From NCBI RefSeq assembly GCF_001194135.2, contig NC_068985.1, forward strand, positions 121,533,551 to 121,597,381: 63,831 bases of DNA. Direction: 5' to 3'. The translations under genes and the position numbers were made by a program. Position 1 is the first letter of the stretch. Each line of letters starts with the position of its first letter. The notes under the pieces were generated by a model. That model was not told where the DNA came from. It ran no database searches and worked only from the letters and a program-made list of their open reading frames with translations. This document shows, in pieces, positions 12,678 through 26,233 of this stretch. This DNA is from Octopus bimaculoides. Its lineage: Eukaryota.

Positions 12678-13570
12678 ACAAATTGTTTCATTAGAGCTAC
12701 TGAATTTTGGAAGAAAGAAAAAAAAAAATTTAATTTAAGGATGTTACCAATAAAAATATAAGCTCCAAACCCTGTTAACTAGGTATGTGTCTCAGCTTCA
12801 TAAGCAAAGAAAGTAATATCGAGAAGAAATAATATTGAAGCAAGTTGTCTCTGTAAATTTGTGTTGCTGTGCTGGTCTTTTGGTTGTTCTGTATTGTGTA
12901 TTCTAGTTATCTGCTGGCCTTAATTGTTTGGTTTTAATGCCAATCAGTTATGGCTTTGTGTAAGATCAATGTAGCACTTTACTTTAAACCAACTGTTAGC
13001 CATTCTTTCTGACACTGTAACCTTTATTTGCTGAGCTACTTGGAATATTAAAGGAGACATCATCAAATTTTAATTTCCTCTTGCCTACATGAGGGTTTCT
13101 CTCTATCTCTTTTTTTTTTCTTTCTTTCTCAATAGCATAAAATATATGAAATGTCAGTAGCTATTATTTCATAGGAAGTAAAATTAAGCTGTTCTTTTAT
13201 TACCGTGTTTCTACAATTTGACTCATTAGTAATGTGCTTTATTTTGCTGCTTCAGCTCAGGAGAGTCGATAAAATTAATTTCAGAGTCAAGAGATTTCTA
13301 ACAAAAATTGTTACTGAACTCAGTATTTGCTGTGAAGATATTTAGAGTCTCTTGCTATAACCTGATTTTATCGTTGCTGAATGATATGGCTGTTTAGTTT
13401 TATGCTAACTTGTATTTAAAAACCCCTCCACTGAATATCTTCCATTTAAAAAAAAAATTTTCCCCCACTCAGTGGGAAAACAAAGGGTAGAAAACTCACA
13501 TCAAAATCCATTTTTCTTTTTCTGGGTTTATTCTAGTTACAAATGGGAGCAAGTTAATATTTACTGTATA

Positions 13571-13616
<46 letters not shown>

Positions 13617-16297
13617 GTGGAATTATTGACCTCAATTTATAGAATTTATTCCTAATTTAAATGTCACTTTTTAAATTGAATTGTTTTTTATTTTATTTTA
13701 TCAATGTCTTATTACATCTTGGTTAAAACAAATATTTTTTCCATGTTTCTCATTCAGTTTTTAAACAGTGCTGATCATCTGGAAAGAATGAAACAGTAAT
13801 TTGTATAAAGATGCATTTCACTATGAAATTTGTTTATTAATATTTCATTGATTAATATAGTTAACAATTAAGGTTTAGATTTTTTTATATACTTAAACTA
13901 AGTTTATTTTGTGATTCTAGGTATGGCTCTTTTTTTTTTTTTTTTAAGTTGATGAAATTTTTTTTTATAAATGTAATAGAACTCCTGCTATTAGAATGTT
14001 TTTTTTTTTTTTTCTTCTTTCAAAATCTTTTTACATTAACTGTTTGGTAATATTACTAAAATTAGCAACATTTAGTCTCTGTTAGTTTCTTTAAAAGATT
14101 ATCAACTTTATTTCACATTGTAGTAAAGTGATTGCAGATCATTCAGCTGTTGAATAATTTTCCTCCTCCTCCTCCTCTTAGATCATTTTCAGAGGAATGC
14201 CTTAAGACAAAGTGGAATTTGGGAGTTGACCAAGGATAACCTTAACTAATCTTGGCAATTTGTTCTTGTTAGTATCTCTATTTTAGATTTGAACAAATTT
14301 ATGATGTAATGCATTTAGTCTTACTTTTTTTTTTTTTTTTCCCTGCTGTGTAAACATTTCAACTTTTAACCCAGTTCCTATTTCATATCAGTACCATAGG
14401 TTTCCCTTAAACTCATTGCAGCCCCTAACTTATATTATTTTCCCATCTTGATCTTAAGATAATTTTATAGTTTGTAAAGCATCTTAAATTGGTTAATTTA
14501 GTCACTTGTTCTCACACATATCTGTATGCCCGTGTAATTGCCTACTTTAGAGTCTTAAATTTGATTCTATCATAGTTTTACTTTTTCATTTCTGTTATCT
14601 AATTTCTGAAGCTTTAAAGAACATGAATAGTCTATTTTTGTATGTCATTACTTGAAAGAACAAAATGTCTTTGACAAAGCTGAAAGTGACCACTTGTTCA
14701 GTAAGTTTCAGGTAATTTTTGGATTTTTAAATAGTCTATGATAACTCAAAGAGATGATTGGTTTGACCATATAGTCTTATGCAGTGTATTTCATATTGAA
14801 AATTCCTTGTCCCTTATTGGGAAAAATGGATCATTAAACCTTCCAAGTCTGGAAATCTTCCAGTTTAGCTTTGATGCAGCCAGTAAATTTACCGTATTAT
14901 GAATGCTAACTTGATGGTTGCACTGTTATTATTGGGAAATCCTCTCATTAATTTATTTTCCTAAACAATATTTTAAATTGTCATTGTTTTGAATGCTTGG
15001 AACAAATATTTTGCTGATATTTGTTGATAATACTGTTTCCTTTTTCTCTCTCTCTTACCTATCAAATTTTAACTTCCTAAAGTATTCTTATACACTGACA
15101 CAAAACAGAAAGTTGTCAATCAAGGTTTTGGTATTGTGGTCAATTTCAAATGCTTTATTTAGTAACCACAAAGCTTGCTGCATAACCATGGCATGTATTT
15201 GTTGCTGTTTCAAATTTCTTAAATATTTGTCTCATCTTATTGTCTAGGCTGTAAGCTAGCTAAGTTTGTATATTAATCTAATAACAACATATGTGGAAAA
15301 TGGTATGGAAACTCGTTTTTGTGTATCTGTCTTAGTAATGTCTCAATGAACACTACTTTAGATAGAAATTCTAAAGATATTTGAATTGATTGCTTACATA
15401 TATAATGCTGTGAATAAAGGGATTTCTTAGGAAATTCCAAGGCATGGTAAAGCCAGTCTCCTTATCTTAACTTCAGTATGCAGGACATTAGCTGATGGTG
15501 ACCTTATTTGGGTTTCTGAAGATCTTGGAGAACTTTCTTTGATAAATTTACAAAACTTGTTTTTAATCAATTTTTCTGTTAGATTAGATCTTTGTAGTGA
15601 GTACTTTATAATACAAACTTTTCTTTCTTGTCTTAATTTTGTTGTCTTAGTTGAATTAATATTTAACTTATGGTTCCCTTCTTACTTGCATCCATCTGCA
15701 TTTTCTTTTTACAAATTTCGTTTGTTTTTTTTTTTTAATTTATTTTTTTAGTTTCTGATGTCAAGTTAATATTTATTTAACATACAGAGCTGTGTCCATC
15801 ATTTTATAAATTGGAGTAGAATGAAATATATTGTTGTATTTAAACCAGTAGGTCAGTGAAAGACCCACGCTTTCAATAACTGCTAGTTTGAAATGAGACA
15901 AGTTTTTTTCTTGACATATTTATTGGAACTACTGTAGTGGAGTTGTTTGTCTCGATCTTCAATTTAGTTGTTTGAAAGATTTTATAATGTCATGTTTCTT
16001 GGGTTTTGCTTCTACATTTCTTATTTCATGTTTATTGGATGTAGCATATTGTTATATCTCCAACAACAATCCCTACTAAAATATTTAACAGATTTTTCAA
16101 TGAAATTTATTGATCCGTCTACTTGGTGTCTTCATAACTCGGTGACTGTTTAAATTTAATTTCAGTGGATACACACCTTATTTATTTAACATAATTAAAC
16201 TTTTACTCTATAAATTCCAAAATAAAAGAAACTTTTCCCCACCATTTTTAAGGATGTAATTTGTTTCTGTTAGGATTCAAAATATATATATATATAT

Positions 16298-16452
16298 TGG
16301 TTGGCGTTAGGAAGGGCATCCAGCTGTAGAAACTCTGCCAAATCAGACTGGAGCCTGGTGTTGCCATCCGGTTTCACCAGTCCTCAGTCAAATCGTCCAA
16401 CCCATGCTAGCATGGAAAGCGGACGTTAAACGATGATGATGATGATGATGAT
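16298..16452 (+). mobile_element. 5'-truncated RTE 3' tail, inserted after a (TA)n run
   Basis: Near-identical to 3709-3855; ends GGACGTTAAAC(GAT)n. Confidence 0.85.
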
Positions 16453-17679
16453 ATTATACATCAAGCTCTGAACTACTTAGCTGGTGCTAAATCTAACAAG
16501 ATTTCTTCATTGTACCAATTAAACATAAGTTAGAAAAATGTTCTTTCTTTGCTAGGCTCTCCGGCTATAACCAGTGTTAAGACAGCATGTACTGACATTT
16601 CATTTATTCTATTTACATGGGGGTCTCATTTTTGTTCTTTTTTCTACCCCCTTCCATCTGTTTACAAGGTGACTAAAGCTGTACATGGAATTGTATATAA
16701 TATTTGCAATAAAGTAAGAAAAAAAAAAGGATTTTCTATAACAATTTTCTTTGTTTTCATTCCAAATTTTTACTGAAATAGTGCCTTTTTTTATTTTATT
16801 TATTTTATCTATTTATTTATTTTTGGTGAAGTCCTGAGCTTAACAGGGTTTTAGTTCACTAAATGGTAACTTTAGAGGGATACAAACCCATCACTGTATA
16901 CGATTTACATTAATCAAACTAGTGTCCTCATATTGTTTGTTGCTTTCACTGTTTTATTTCAGATGTCTTGTGGACACCAGTCCATCTAATGTAAACACGG
17001 TACATAATATAAATTCCACCATCACTGTATGTTTAGTAAATTCCTTTCAGGTTTAAGGCCACCATTAAATGTTATTGATTTGACACATGCCCACCGCTAT
17101 AATGTTTCCTTAATTTTAGTTGTATTGAATATATACAACACTATATGACAGAACCGCTGCATGGTCACTCAAGCTAATTCCATTGCACTAAACTCATAAG
17201 GAAGAATATCTGTTACTTTGGAGACATTGAGGATTATGATTTTGCCCAACAAGGGAATGTTATGCAATCACTCAGCTTGTTTGGATAGCAGCCAACTCTC
17301 CTTCATATCAATCTTGAAATATAGTGAAGCAGAATCTAGGTTTGCATATTGGGGCGATTCTTGCTGGAGAACATTTCGGATTCTATCAGTACAGTCATTT
17401 TCCTGTGCCAGCACTAAATCCTTGCTTGACATGTAAAGTGATTGTTTTGGAGGGAAATAACGTCAAGCCACTATGTAGAATGAAAGATCACTGGGTTTGG
17501 ATACATTTGACAAATAGAAAGATTTTAATATTACCTACAGTAAGGAAAAAAAGCGACTGATGGTGGTTTGTTTCAATCTGCCTTTTCGTCGAAGTTGGAG
17601 AGTTGCCTCCCCTTATGAATAAACTACAAGAGCTTCACACCAGTAAACAAGCTTGCATATTTTTTCTAATATATATACA

Positions 17680-18904
17680 CTAGCAAATGCACCCGTCCTT
17701 TGGACGATTTAAGTCGTTTGGTCTTATTTTTTTTCACCAAATGAACTGCCTAGAAGGTTTATGAGTAGCACGGCAATCTATGTTTCTGATTAACTTAGAA
17801 ATGGAAAATGTAATTGAAGGCTGGTTATTGTGGAGATTGCTGCATTTTAAGGATCATAGAGTATATAAGTTTGCAAAGTAGAGCTACTGAAGCGTTTTGG
17901 GAGTAGATTACAGATAATGACTAAAAAATATAGTTGTTTTACATCAAAGCGAAATTTCTTGTCAGAAACCGCCACAAATGGTGTAAGGAAGACATTGAAA
18001 ATTCCCCTCTGTAAGTTTATTTTATTCAACAGCAATAGGAGCTATTTTTTTCGGAGGGATAAGCTAACAAAAGCTCCTTTATTCACATAGCCTGTGCATA
18101 AAGTTAAATTGGTATGGAGCTTTCTGAAAGATGTGTAGCTTTCATTAGTGGAAGCAAAACTCTTAAGGTTGCTTCTTTGGGACGAATCATGTGATTGTTT
18201 AAAAAGGGCTTGAAAAACAATGGACGAAAGTCGAAATATAATGGATGGGTAAATAATCATCTTTAAAGTGAAACAAAACTATCAACAAATAGAGGAGAGG
18301 GATGGTAACCTCAAACTTTCAAGTAACTCAGAATGGGTAAAAGGTAAGCTTGCAAAAGTTTAATGCAGTTTGAATATGTAGATTAAAATAGTTTTGTATT
18401 GGATGTTCATTGCAAACAGTTCTAGTCAATTGAATCACCATTGTAGGTGGACACTGAAATTAAATAGACAAAATCCTTTCACTTTTATAAAAAGATTAAA
18501 AGGTATGGAAGACCCTACATACAAAAAAATTATGTCCATTTACATCCAATTACTCGGGAGCTCTGGGCAAAATGTTACAGTATATGACCATCATTGGGAC
18601 ATAAGTAATGTGTATGTAAAGTTTAGGGAAAATCGGTTGAGAATTGTGGAAATGTATGTGTTAGTCATACACAGATACTGTGATTTATATAGGCAGACAG
18701 TGGAAATAAATAAAATCCTTTCACTTTTATAAAAAGTATGGAAAACCCTACATAAAAAAAAAGAAACTATGTCCATTTATGCAGGAGCTCTGGGCAAAAT
18801 GTTATAGTGCAGAGCTATCCTTGGGACATAAGTAATGGATGTGTAAAATTGGTTGAGAATTGTGGAAATGTATGAGTTAGATATTGTGATCTATATATAC
18901 TAGA
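17680..18904 (-). mobile_element. Non-autonomous Helitron with duplicated 5' region
   Basis: Minus strand: A|TC start at 18904; subterminal hairpin CGTCC-AAA-GGACG (17694-17706); CTAG|T end at 17680-17683. Tandem duplication 18470-18711 / 18712-18904. That the two ends belong to one element is inferred. Confidence 0.65.
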
Positions 18905-19211
18905 TAAGTGAATGAATGTTTGTTGGATTCTACAAAGAATATTCAGTTGTTTGATCATCTGCACATTAAATTATACTGTAAGGAGCTGAATATTCCACAG
19001 ACACATTCAGAATCAATGTGACATGGCTGGATTAGAATCAATCTATCCAATGAGCTTCCACATAATTTCAGGTTTGTGTCAACCAGTGACCATAATAAGT
19101 GACACTTGCCCAAGATTCTACAGTAGGATTGAACCTGGGACTCCATGATTGCAAACCAAACTTCTTAACCATTTGGCTATGCTACATGCATTTTATATAT
19201 AGATAGATAGA

Positions 19212-19580
19212 TTTGAAATTTTCACACAAGACCAACAGTTTTGGGGATGTGTAAATTGACAACAGTGCTCAACTGGTACTTATTTTATCAAAGATGAACA
19301 GCAAAGTTGACCCCAGCAGAATTTGAAGTCAAAATGTACAGACATAAAATGTCACTTAGCATTTTGCCCGATATGCTAATGATTCTACCATCTCACCACC
19401 TTGTTTCCAAATTTTGGCACAGGGCTAGCATGTACGAGGGAGGGTGTAGGTCAATCACATTGACCCCAAAAGGATGAAAGGCAAAGTCAACCTCGACAGA
19501 TTTTGAATTCAGAACCTAAAGAAGGATGAAATGACACTAAGCACTTTGACTGGCATGCTAACTATTCTACCAGCTTGCTG
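19212..19580 (-). mobile_element. Two tandem copies of tRNA-derived SINE family 2 (GGCGAGCTGGCAGAATCGTTAGC head)
   Basis: Two GAATTTGAA(C/G)TCA B-box complements and GGATGAAAGGCAAAGTCAACC bodies; homologous to 63352-63550. Confidence 0.75.
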
Positions 19581-19604
19581 TCTTTATATATATATATATA
19601 TACA

Positions 19605-20217
19605 CTAGCAGCTAAGCCCAGTTTCATCCGGTCTATTTGGATGATGTGGCTGTGATCGTTTTCGGTTAGGCATAATCTCTAAAAGCGTTTCTCAGCCTTA
19701 TCATTTCGGGTCCCCTGTTTTGATTGGAGCCTCCAGCTGTATGAAAATCCCCCCCCCCCACTCCCCCGAGGCGGCGATCTTTTGAAGTGGGCGTCGAATG
19801 AAGAAACATGGATAGTTTTATAACTGAACTTCTTTTGAAGTTGTAGTGAGAGGGGAGAATTGATGTGCGTGCATATGTCTGTGTGTGTTTGATGGGGTGT
19901 GGTGACAGAGAGTAATGTTGATGGTGTATGTGTATATGAGAGAGAAAGAAAGAGAGAGATAAATGAAATTTATCATTCAGTTTATTTATTATGTATATAT
20001 GTATGAATGGCTTCAGTGACACACACTCACGCAGGTTGTTTTAATCGATTTTCTCTGTAAGTGTGGGGGCTAGGTAAAAAATAGAAAGCGCATTCCAATC
20101 TAAGCACCCGTCTCCACATGTGTGCCATTTTTCACGCAAATCCACCCAGCCGTTTGGCCGTGAACTTCAAGACAAGAAAGAATACAACGCTCGGCCAACT
20201 TCAATTTATATTATAGA
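19605..20217 (-). mobile_element. Non-autonomous Helitron
   Basis: Minus strand: TCTATAATATAAA start at 20217; imperfect hairpin CCGG-ATGAAA-CTGG; CTAG|T end at 19605-19608 abutting (TA)n. Confidence 0.7.
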
Positions 20218-21016
20218 ATGACATGACAGGCTTTCACAGTTTCTGCTTCCAAATTTCGTTCACAAAGCATTAGTGAACCATGGCTATGAAGGAAGACAAC
20301 TTTCTAGTGTGTTACAAGCTGAGATTGAAGTTGGCACCATCCTGTGGTTGTGAAGTAAATTTTTTTAACCACTTGTACACCTATTATGTAACTAAAGAAC
20401 AGCATATCCACTATGTTTCTAAATTTGCTTAGGTGTATGTTTCCTTTTACACCAGGATTCTTTTGCTCAACATTCATATATATGATCCCTCACTATGTAA
20501 AAACATTTTTTAAAAAGTGCTTCATAAATGTCTGCCGGCTATTAATAATTTTACATAGGTATTCAATAATTTGCATTTGTTTAGATCTAAACATTTTCAC
20601 CATTCATTCCAAGGTGAATCAAACAAGTTTGATTTAAAAATAAATTTGTGTCATTTTAGTTGTTTCTAAGAATAGAATTAAGTTGGAGAAGTTTAGTAGC
20701 TTAATACTGAGTTATGCCACCGCCAGCTCATAACAATAGAGAAGTAAAGAAATGAGAATATTCACATGTGTAAACATCAAAACAGCAAAATAAATAAAAT
20801 AAACTAAAATTTTGACTATTGACAGAAAGTCCCTCGCGATCCAAATTTCTGAGTCAGTTTCAGTCATTAGTGGACACCTATTCACTTCGGCCAATGAAGG
20901 AGCTTTGTATATAATCAATTACTAAACATATTTAAAATAGCAGCTAAATTTCTCTTACCATCTTAAAATCAGAATAGATACATCAGTTAATATAGTCCTA
21001 TTTATCTATTATATAT

Positions 21017-21830
21017 CATCATCATCATTCAACATCCATTTTCCATGCTGGCATGGGTTGGATGGTTTGACCAGAGTGAGTAAGGCCAGGGGCTGCACCA
21101 GACTCCATTGTCTGTTCTGGCACAGTTACTACAGCTGGATGCCCTTCTTAACACCAACCACTTTACAGTGTGTACTGGGTGGTTTTTAAGTGATACCAGC
21201 ACCGGCATCAATTCTGCTGTGATGGATGGGTCTTTTTGAGTATAGCACCAGATAGTTCGACCCTTTGTCATCTCCTTCATAAAGTTCAGTGTCTTGAGAT
21301 TGGCCTTCAATACTTCATTTCATGTTTTCCTGGGTCTCCCTTCTCCACAAGTTCCATCGACTTTAAGTGATTGGCACTTCTGTCTACATTCATATGCATC
21401 ACATGACCAAACCAGTGCAGTCATCTCTTTTGCTCACTCTATCTAATTTCTCTTATGCCCAACTTTTCTCTCAATGCACTAACATTCTGTTGCACATCTA
21501 GTGGAGCATACTAGCTTCATTCCTCTCTAGCCTTTATTCAGAGCCTATGTCTCAATACTATGTAGCATTGTTGTTCGTATACATGCATCATACAATCTTT
21601 CTTTCACTCAGAGAGAGAAACCTTTGGTTACCAACAGAGATAAAAGCTCTCTGAATTTTCTCCACCCTATTCTTATTCTAGCAATTACACTTTTGGTGCA
21701 TCTTCCCCCACAGCTAATTAGGTCCCCTAAGTACCAGAAGTTATCCATTACTTCTAAAGAGCTTCTGGGATATTTGAGAGAATCAATACAGACAGCATCT
21801 TTGATCAGGCTGACCCTTGGTTTAGTCAAT
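21017..21830 (-). mobile_element. RTE-clade LINE, 5'-truncated and decayed (RT C-terminus plus 3' UTR)
   Basis: Minus-strand LEVMDNFWYLGDLISCGG...ARIRIGWRKFRELL, followed by decayed LRWFGHV/GRPRKTW regions and the (GAT)n-ending tail. Confidence 0.9.
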
Positions 21831-22356
21831 CTTAAGTCACAAACATCATAGGATCACCTTAAACCCCTCTAAAATGCAGGGCTTTTGTGTCAAGAAACAA
21901 AAAGAATGTGGAGGGCTTCTCCGTCCAGTAACAGAAGAAAAAGAGTAATCCCTAGATTTTGAGGAGACACAAAAATAAGAATTGATACAAAAACGGTGTA
22001 AATGAACTGTTCATGTTTTACAAAGTAGTGTTCCAAGAAATACAAAGATTTAGCAAGCAAGACATATGAATTTCTATGACAGCAAAATACATAATGTCAG
22101 TTTATTGTAGAAAGAGAAAATATGTAATAGTTTAGACTAAGCCTTTGCTGATCAAATTCCCTGTATTAATGGGTTTGCCTGAAATGTCAGCTAGTCATAT
22201 GAGGAGGACATGTCTAATAGATCTTGCCTGTTATTTTTACTTTAATTGTTAATAAACACCCTCTTTTCTTGACAGTAAAATCTAATTTCATTTAGAGAAA
22301 ACTGCAAATGACATTGAGAAATCCAACATGTTAATGCTATTATATCTAAACTAACA

Positions 22357-22765
22357 CAGGCATGGATGTGTGCTTAGAAGTTTACTTCCCAACCACATGG
22401 GTTCGAGTTCAGTCTCACAGTGTGACACATTGGCTAAGTGTCTTCTGCTATAGCCCTGGGCCAACCAAAGCCTTGTGAATGGATTTGATGGACAGAAACT
22501 GGAAGAATCCTGTCATGTATGTATGGGCATGAGTGTATGTTACTGTCTCCTTGCTTTGATATCATGTGACATTTGTAGGTGAGTGCCACTGTCATGCAAG
22601 CAGTGTCCTTTATTTCCAATCTTCCATGAAAACATGTCTGGTCATGGGAAAATATTACCTTACTTGTCAACAGGTGGGGGTTGGTAACAGGAAAGGCATT
22701 CAGCTGTAGAAAATTCTGCCTCAACGAATTTCACATGGAAATGTGGATGTTAAAAAACAATAAAT
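22357..22765 (+). mobile_element. tRNA-headed SINE family 1 with RTE-type tail
   Basis: Head GGCATGGATGTGTG...GGTTCGAGTTCAGTC; CORE-like GGCTAAGTGTCTTCT; tail GGTTGGTAACAGGAAAGGCATTCAGCTGTAGAAA. Confidence 0.8.
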
Positions 22766-23147
22766 GTAGAGGAATATAATTGTTTCTAAAGCAGAAATCC
22801 TGAAATTTGTGGGGAAGAGTTAGTTGATTAAATCAACTGTAATACTTTGCAAGTATTTTATTTTATTGAGTCTAGATGGATGAAAGCTGCCTCTGCAAGA
22901 TCTGAGCCTATAACATAAAAAGCAAGAAGAAATACTGCAAGGTATTTTGTCCAATACTGATGATTCTGCCAATCAACAACCTTTAGAAAAAGTATAGTAA
23001 TGTAACCAACTGAATTAACATCAGTATATTAAGGTACCCATTCTATTGCACCTGCAACAATTAACAGCAAACACAAGCTAAAACAAGACTTGAACTTAGA
23101 ATCATATACCTGTCGATATTTTAGTTCCTGTATTTATGAACAATAGA

Positions 23148-23585
23148 TGCATGTGTGACTGAGAAGCTTACCTCCCAATCATGTAGTTTTGGGTTCAGTC
23201 TCATTGCACAGCACCTTGGGCAAATGTCTTTTACTATAGCCTTGGGCCAACTAATGCCTTTCTGAGTAGATTTGGTTGACGTAAACTGAAAGAAGCCTGT
23301 CTTATATGTGTGTGTGTGTGTGTGTATTTATTTATTTATGCATGTATGTGTATAAGTGTATGTTTGTCCACCACCACTGCTTGACAACAAGTGTTGGTTT
23401 GTTTACATCCCCATAACTTAGCAGTTCAGCAAAACAAACTGATAGGATAACTACTAGTCTTTAAAAAATAAGTACTGGCCCAAGGATACAGTAAAAGATA
23501 CTTGCCCAAGGTGCCACGCAGTGGGACTGAACCCGGAACCATGAGGTTGGGAAGCAAGCTTCTTACCACACAGCCACACCTACAC
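23148..23585. mobile_element. SINE family 1: + copy (23148-23480) fused to an inverted head fragment (23481-23585)
   Basis: Homology to 44924-45344 in both orientations. Confidence 0.75.
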
Positions 23586-23861
23586 CAATGTTTATCAAAT
23601 TTCAGTTGCATGGTAATGAATGGTCAAAACTTGATAAGGACAGTGCTATGTACTAGGTGGTAAAATCAGGAGCCCCACAAATAGCTTGCATAAAATTTCT
23701 TAATCCAATAAAACCATAAAAACAAGAGCGGGTGATGTCAGCACTGGAACAAAGAGAGGTGGAGGCCATGGGTGGATTGCAAGATTTCTTGTATAGTATT
23801 ATGACTTGTCATATGGTTTGACATGAAAATATTTCAAATTTTGCCAACCCCTAATCCTTTT

Positions 23862-24244
23862 ATCTTTTTACTTTTTCCATCTTTGGACAGTGGCCATATT
23901 GGAGAACTATCTTGAAGGGTTTTAGTCAAACAAATCAACACCAGTACTTATTCATTTTTTTATTAGTTTCTTTGCTCGAACTGCTAAGTTATGGGGACAT
24001 AAACAAACCAATTCCTGTTGTTAAGTAGTGATGGAGGACAAACACTCACACTCACACACATGTAGATATATATATAAATATATATAACTGGTTTCTTTCA
24101 GTTCTGTTCTACCAGATCCACTCACAAGGATTTTGTTAGTCTGGGACTATTGTAGAAGACACTTGTCCAAGGCACCATGGAGTTGGGCTGAACTCAGAAG
24201 CATGTGGTTAGGAAGCAAACTTCTTACCACACAGCCACACCTGC
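23862..24244 (-). mobile_element. SINE family 1, near full length
   Basis: Reverse complement of the 44924-45344 family from tail to GCAGGTGTGGCTGTGTGGTAAG head. Confidence 0.8.
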
Positions 24245-24769
24245 TGATATGGAGGATTGTAAAAATATAGAGTTTTGTTCCCAATTATAATTTTTCAACT
24301 ACATTTTTCAGCTGATATAATAAGGGTGATGGCTGAAGGATGTAGAGAAAATTGGTTAGACACAAGGTGAATTTTAAATGGTAAGGGTTGCAGTAAATTA
24401 ACTCAAGTCATGCTGAAATTTAATCCTTTTCTTGCAATTTTTATAAATATATAGTTTAACCATCAGTGGAGGAAAGACAGTTATCTTGCTTATTGAAGGA
24501 GAGCATGGGAAGAAACAATGGTTCAGGAGTTGCTGCAGTAACAGCACTATCAAAATATCTTCATAAAGAGCGATAGCTATGAAATTTTAAAGGTGACATT
24601 ACTGGTAGACATTTTAAAAAAAACAAATCGTAAAACAGCATTTACTCTGTTGCTGCATCTCTTCCAGCCATATCAAAAGTAATAACATGAATCCTTTCCA
24701 CTGACCTGAAATATGTGACACAACTAGGCTGAAATTGTAATCTTTCAATTCTTACACCCATCTGCAATT

Positions 24770-25268
24770 ATTCCAGAGCAAGGCTAAATATAAATACACT
24801 CATATGGAATTTAGTCTGTTTTCATTTCAGAACAAAGCTAAAAACATTCTTATATGGAATTTCGTCTATATGTTCATTTTAATGCAAAGCTAAATATAGA
24901 TATTTATATATGAAACTTAGTTCATATTCATTTCAAAGCAAGACTAAATATTCTTATTAAGGATTTAGTTTTAATTCCAGTGCAAGACTAAATATTTATC
25001 TATATACGGAATTCAGTCTACATAATTATTCCAGAAAAAGGCTAAAAATATATATTCTAGCATAAGATTTAGTCTTTATTCTGGAACAAATTTAATTATG
25101 TATTATTTATATGTGGAATTCAGTTTATATGATTATTCCAGAATGAGGCTAAATATATATTCTTACATGGAATTTAGTCTTCATTCCAAAGAAAAGCTAA
25201 ATATATCTTACATGGAATTTAGTCTTCATTCTTGATCAAACCTAAATACATATTCTTATAAAGAATCC
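24770..25268. repeat. Degenerate ~50-bp minisatellite, about 10 units
   Basis: Recurrent ATTCCAGAGCAAGGCTAAATATATATTCTTAYATGGAATTTAGTCTT with indels. Confidence 0.8.
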
Positions 25269-25626
25269 AGCATGTTATTCTGTGTTCAAATTCCACCAAT
25301 TTCAACTTTACCTTTCATTCCTCCAAGATTGGAGCAGTGCCCATGACTCTTTTCAGGGCCTGTGGGACTGGTATGAAAGGAAAAAGGATGGCATCCTCAA
25401 ACTGGAGACCTGGCCCAAATGCTTGTAACAGAGTGGACTTTGCCAATACCACAAAATATTCTCCCATCCAATAGTCCACTGGACCTGGGAAGGATGAAGA
25501 GCAAAGTTGACCTTGACAGGAAATGAACTCAGAATGCGAGGTATCATATCAAGTATACATGTTTCCTACAAATATATGATCTTCTAAATATCAATATAGT
25601 TACACAACTTGCAATCTACATGTTAA

Positions 25627-25843
25627 CCCTTTTCATACAAAACCACCTGAGACTGCCTCTGGTTCTATGATACAAACTTCCTTGTTTTAAGTGACTTGAA
25701 TTAAAACCATCCATCAAAATTTCATATTTAATTTACGTCTCAAACACCAGCTTAGTAAGTTATTTCAATAAATTCTTCATTATTTTCAAAATTATTTGAA
25801 ACAAAAATAGTGCACTCCAACACAGTGTATAGTCACAAAAGGG
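25627..25843. mobile_element. piggyBac-type MITE, older copy
   Basis: TTAA-CCCTTTT ... AAAAGGG-CTAA ends; interior is the reverse of 37891-38236. Confidence 0.65.
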
Positions 25844-25970
25844 CTAAACCAAACCAAAACCATTGATCCCAAAGTAAGCTGAGAGCATAAAATCCTTCAT
25901 ACATTTTGTTTTTTACCATTTAGTCAGGCATGAGAAGGGCAGCACCCACAAATCTTTTTCTTTTTGGGAT

Positions 25971-26233
25971 TCTAAGGCTGTTGATAAGGAGGGAGGGAGT
26001 TTTAACAGGTTCCATAAGACTGGAATTTTGGAATCTGCCCATAAAGATCAGTAGTATGGGATACTTGTGTCATGATTAGAATTTTTTTAGGGTGCATAAA
26101 GAGGGAAAGAACCCTCATCTGCAATTTTGATGAAATTCGAATCATAGGTATCCCAGTTCATTAGAGAAAATATAACAAAAAAGTCTAATTCTTCCATTGC
26201 ATGTAACACGAGCAACGCTGGGTATCTCTGCTA

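Noticed and set aside
10115-12681. Antisense and alternative-frame ORFs over the last exon (10115-10552, 11189-11497, 11930-12289, 12241-12681, 12424-12621)
   Set aside because: Shadow ORFs of a long coding exon; poly-Met/Cys runs come from the (TCA)n and (AGC)n Ser codons.
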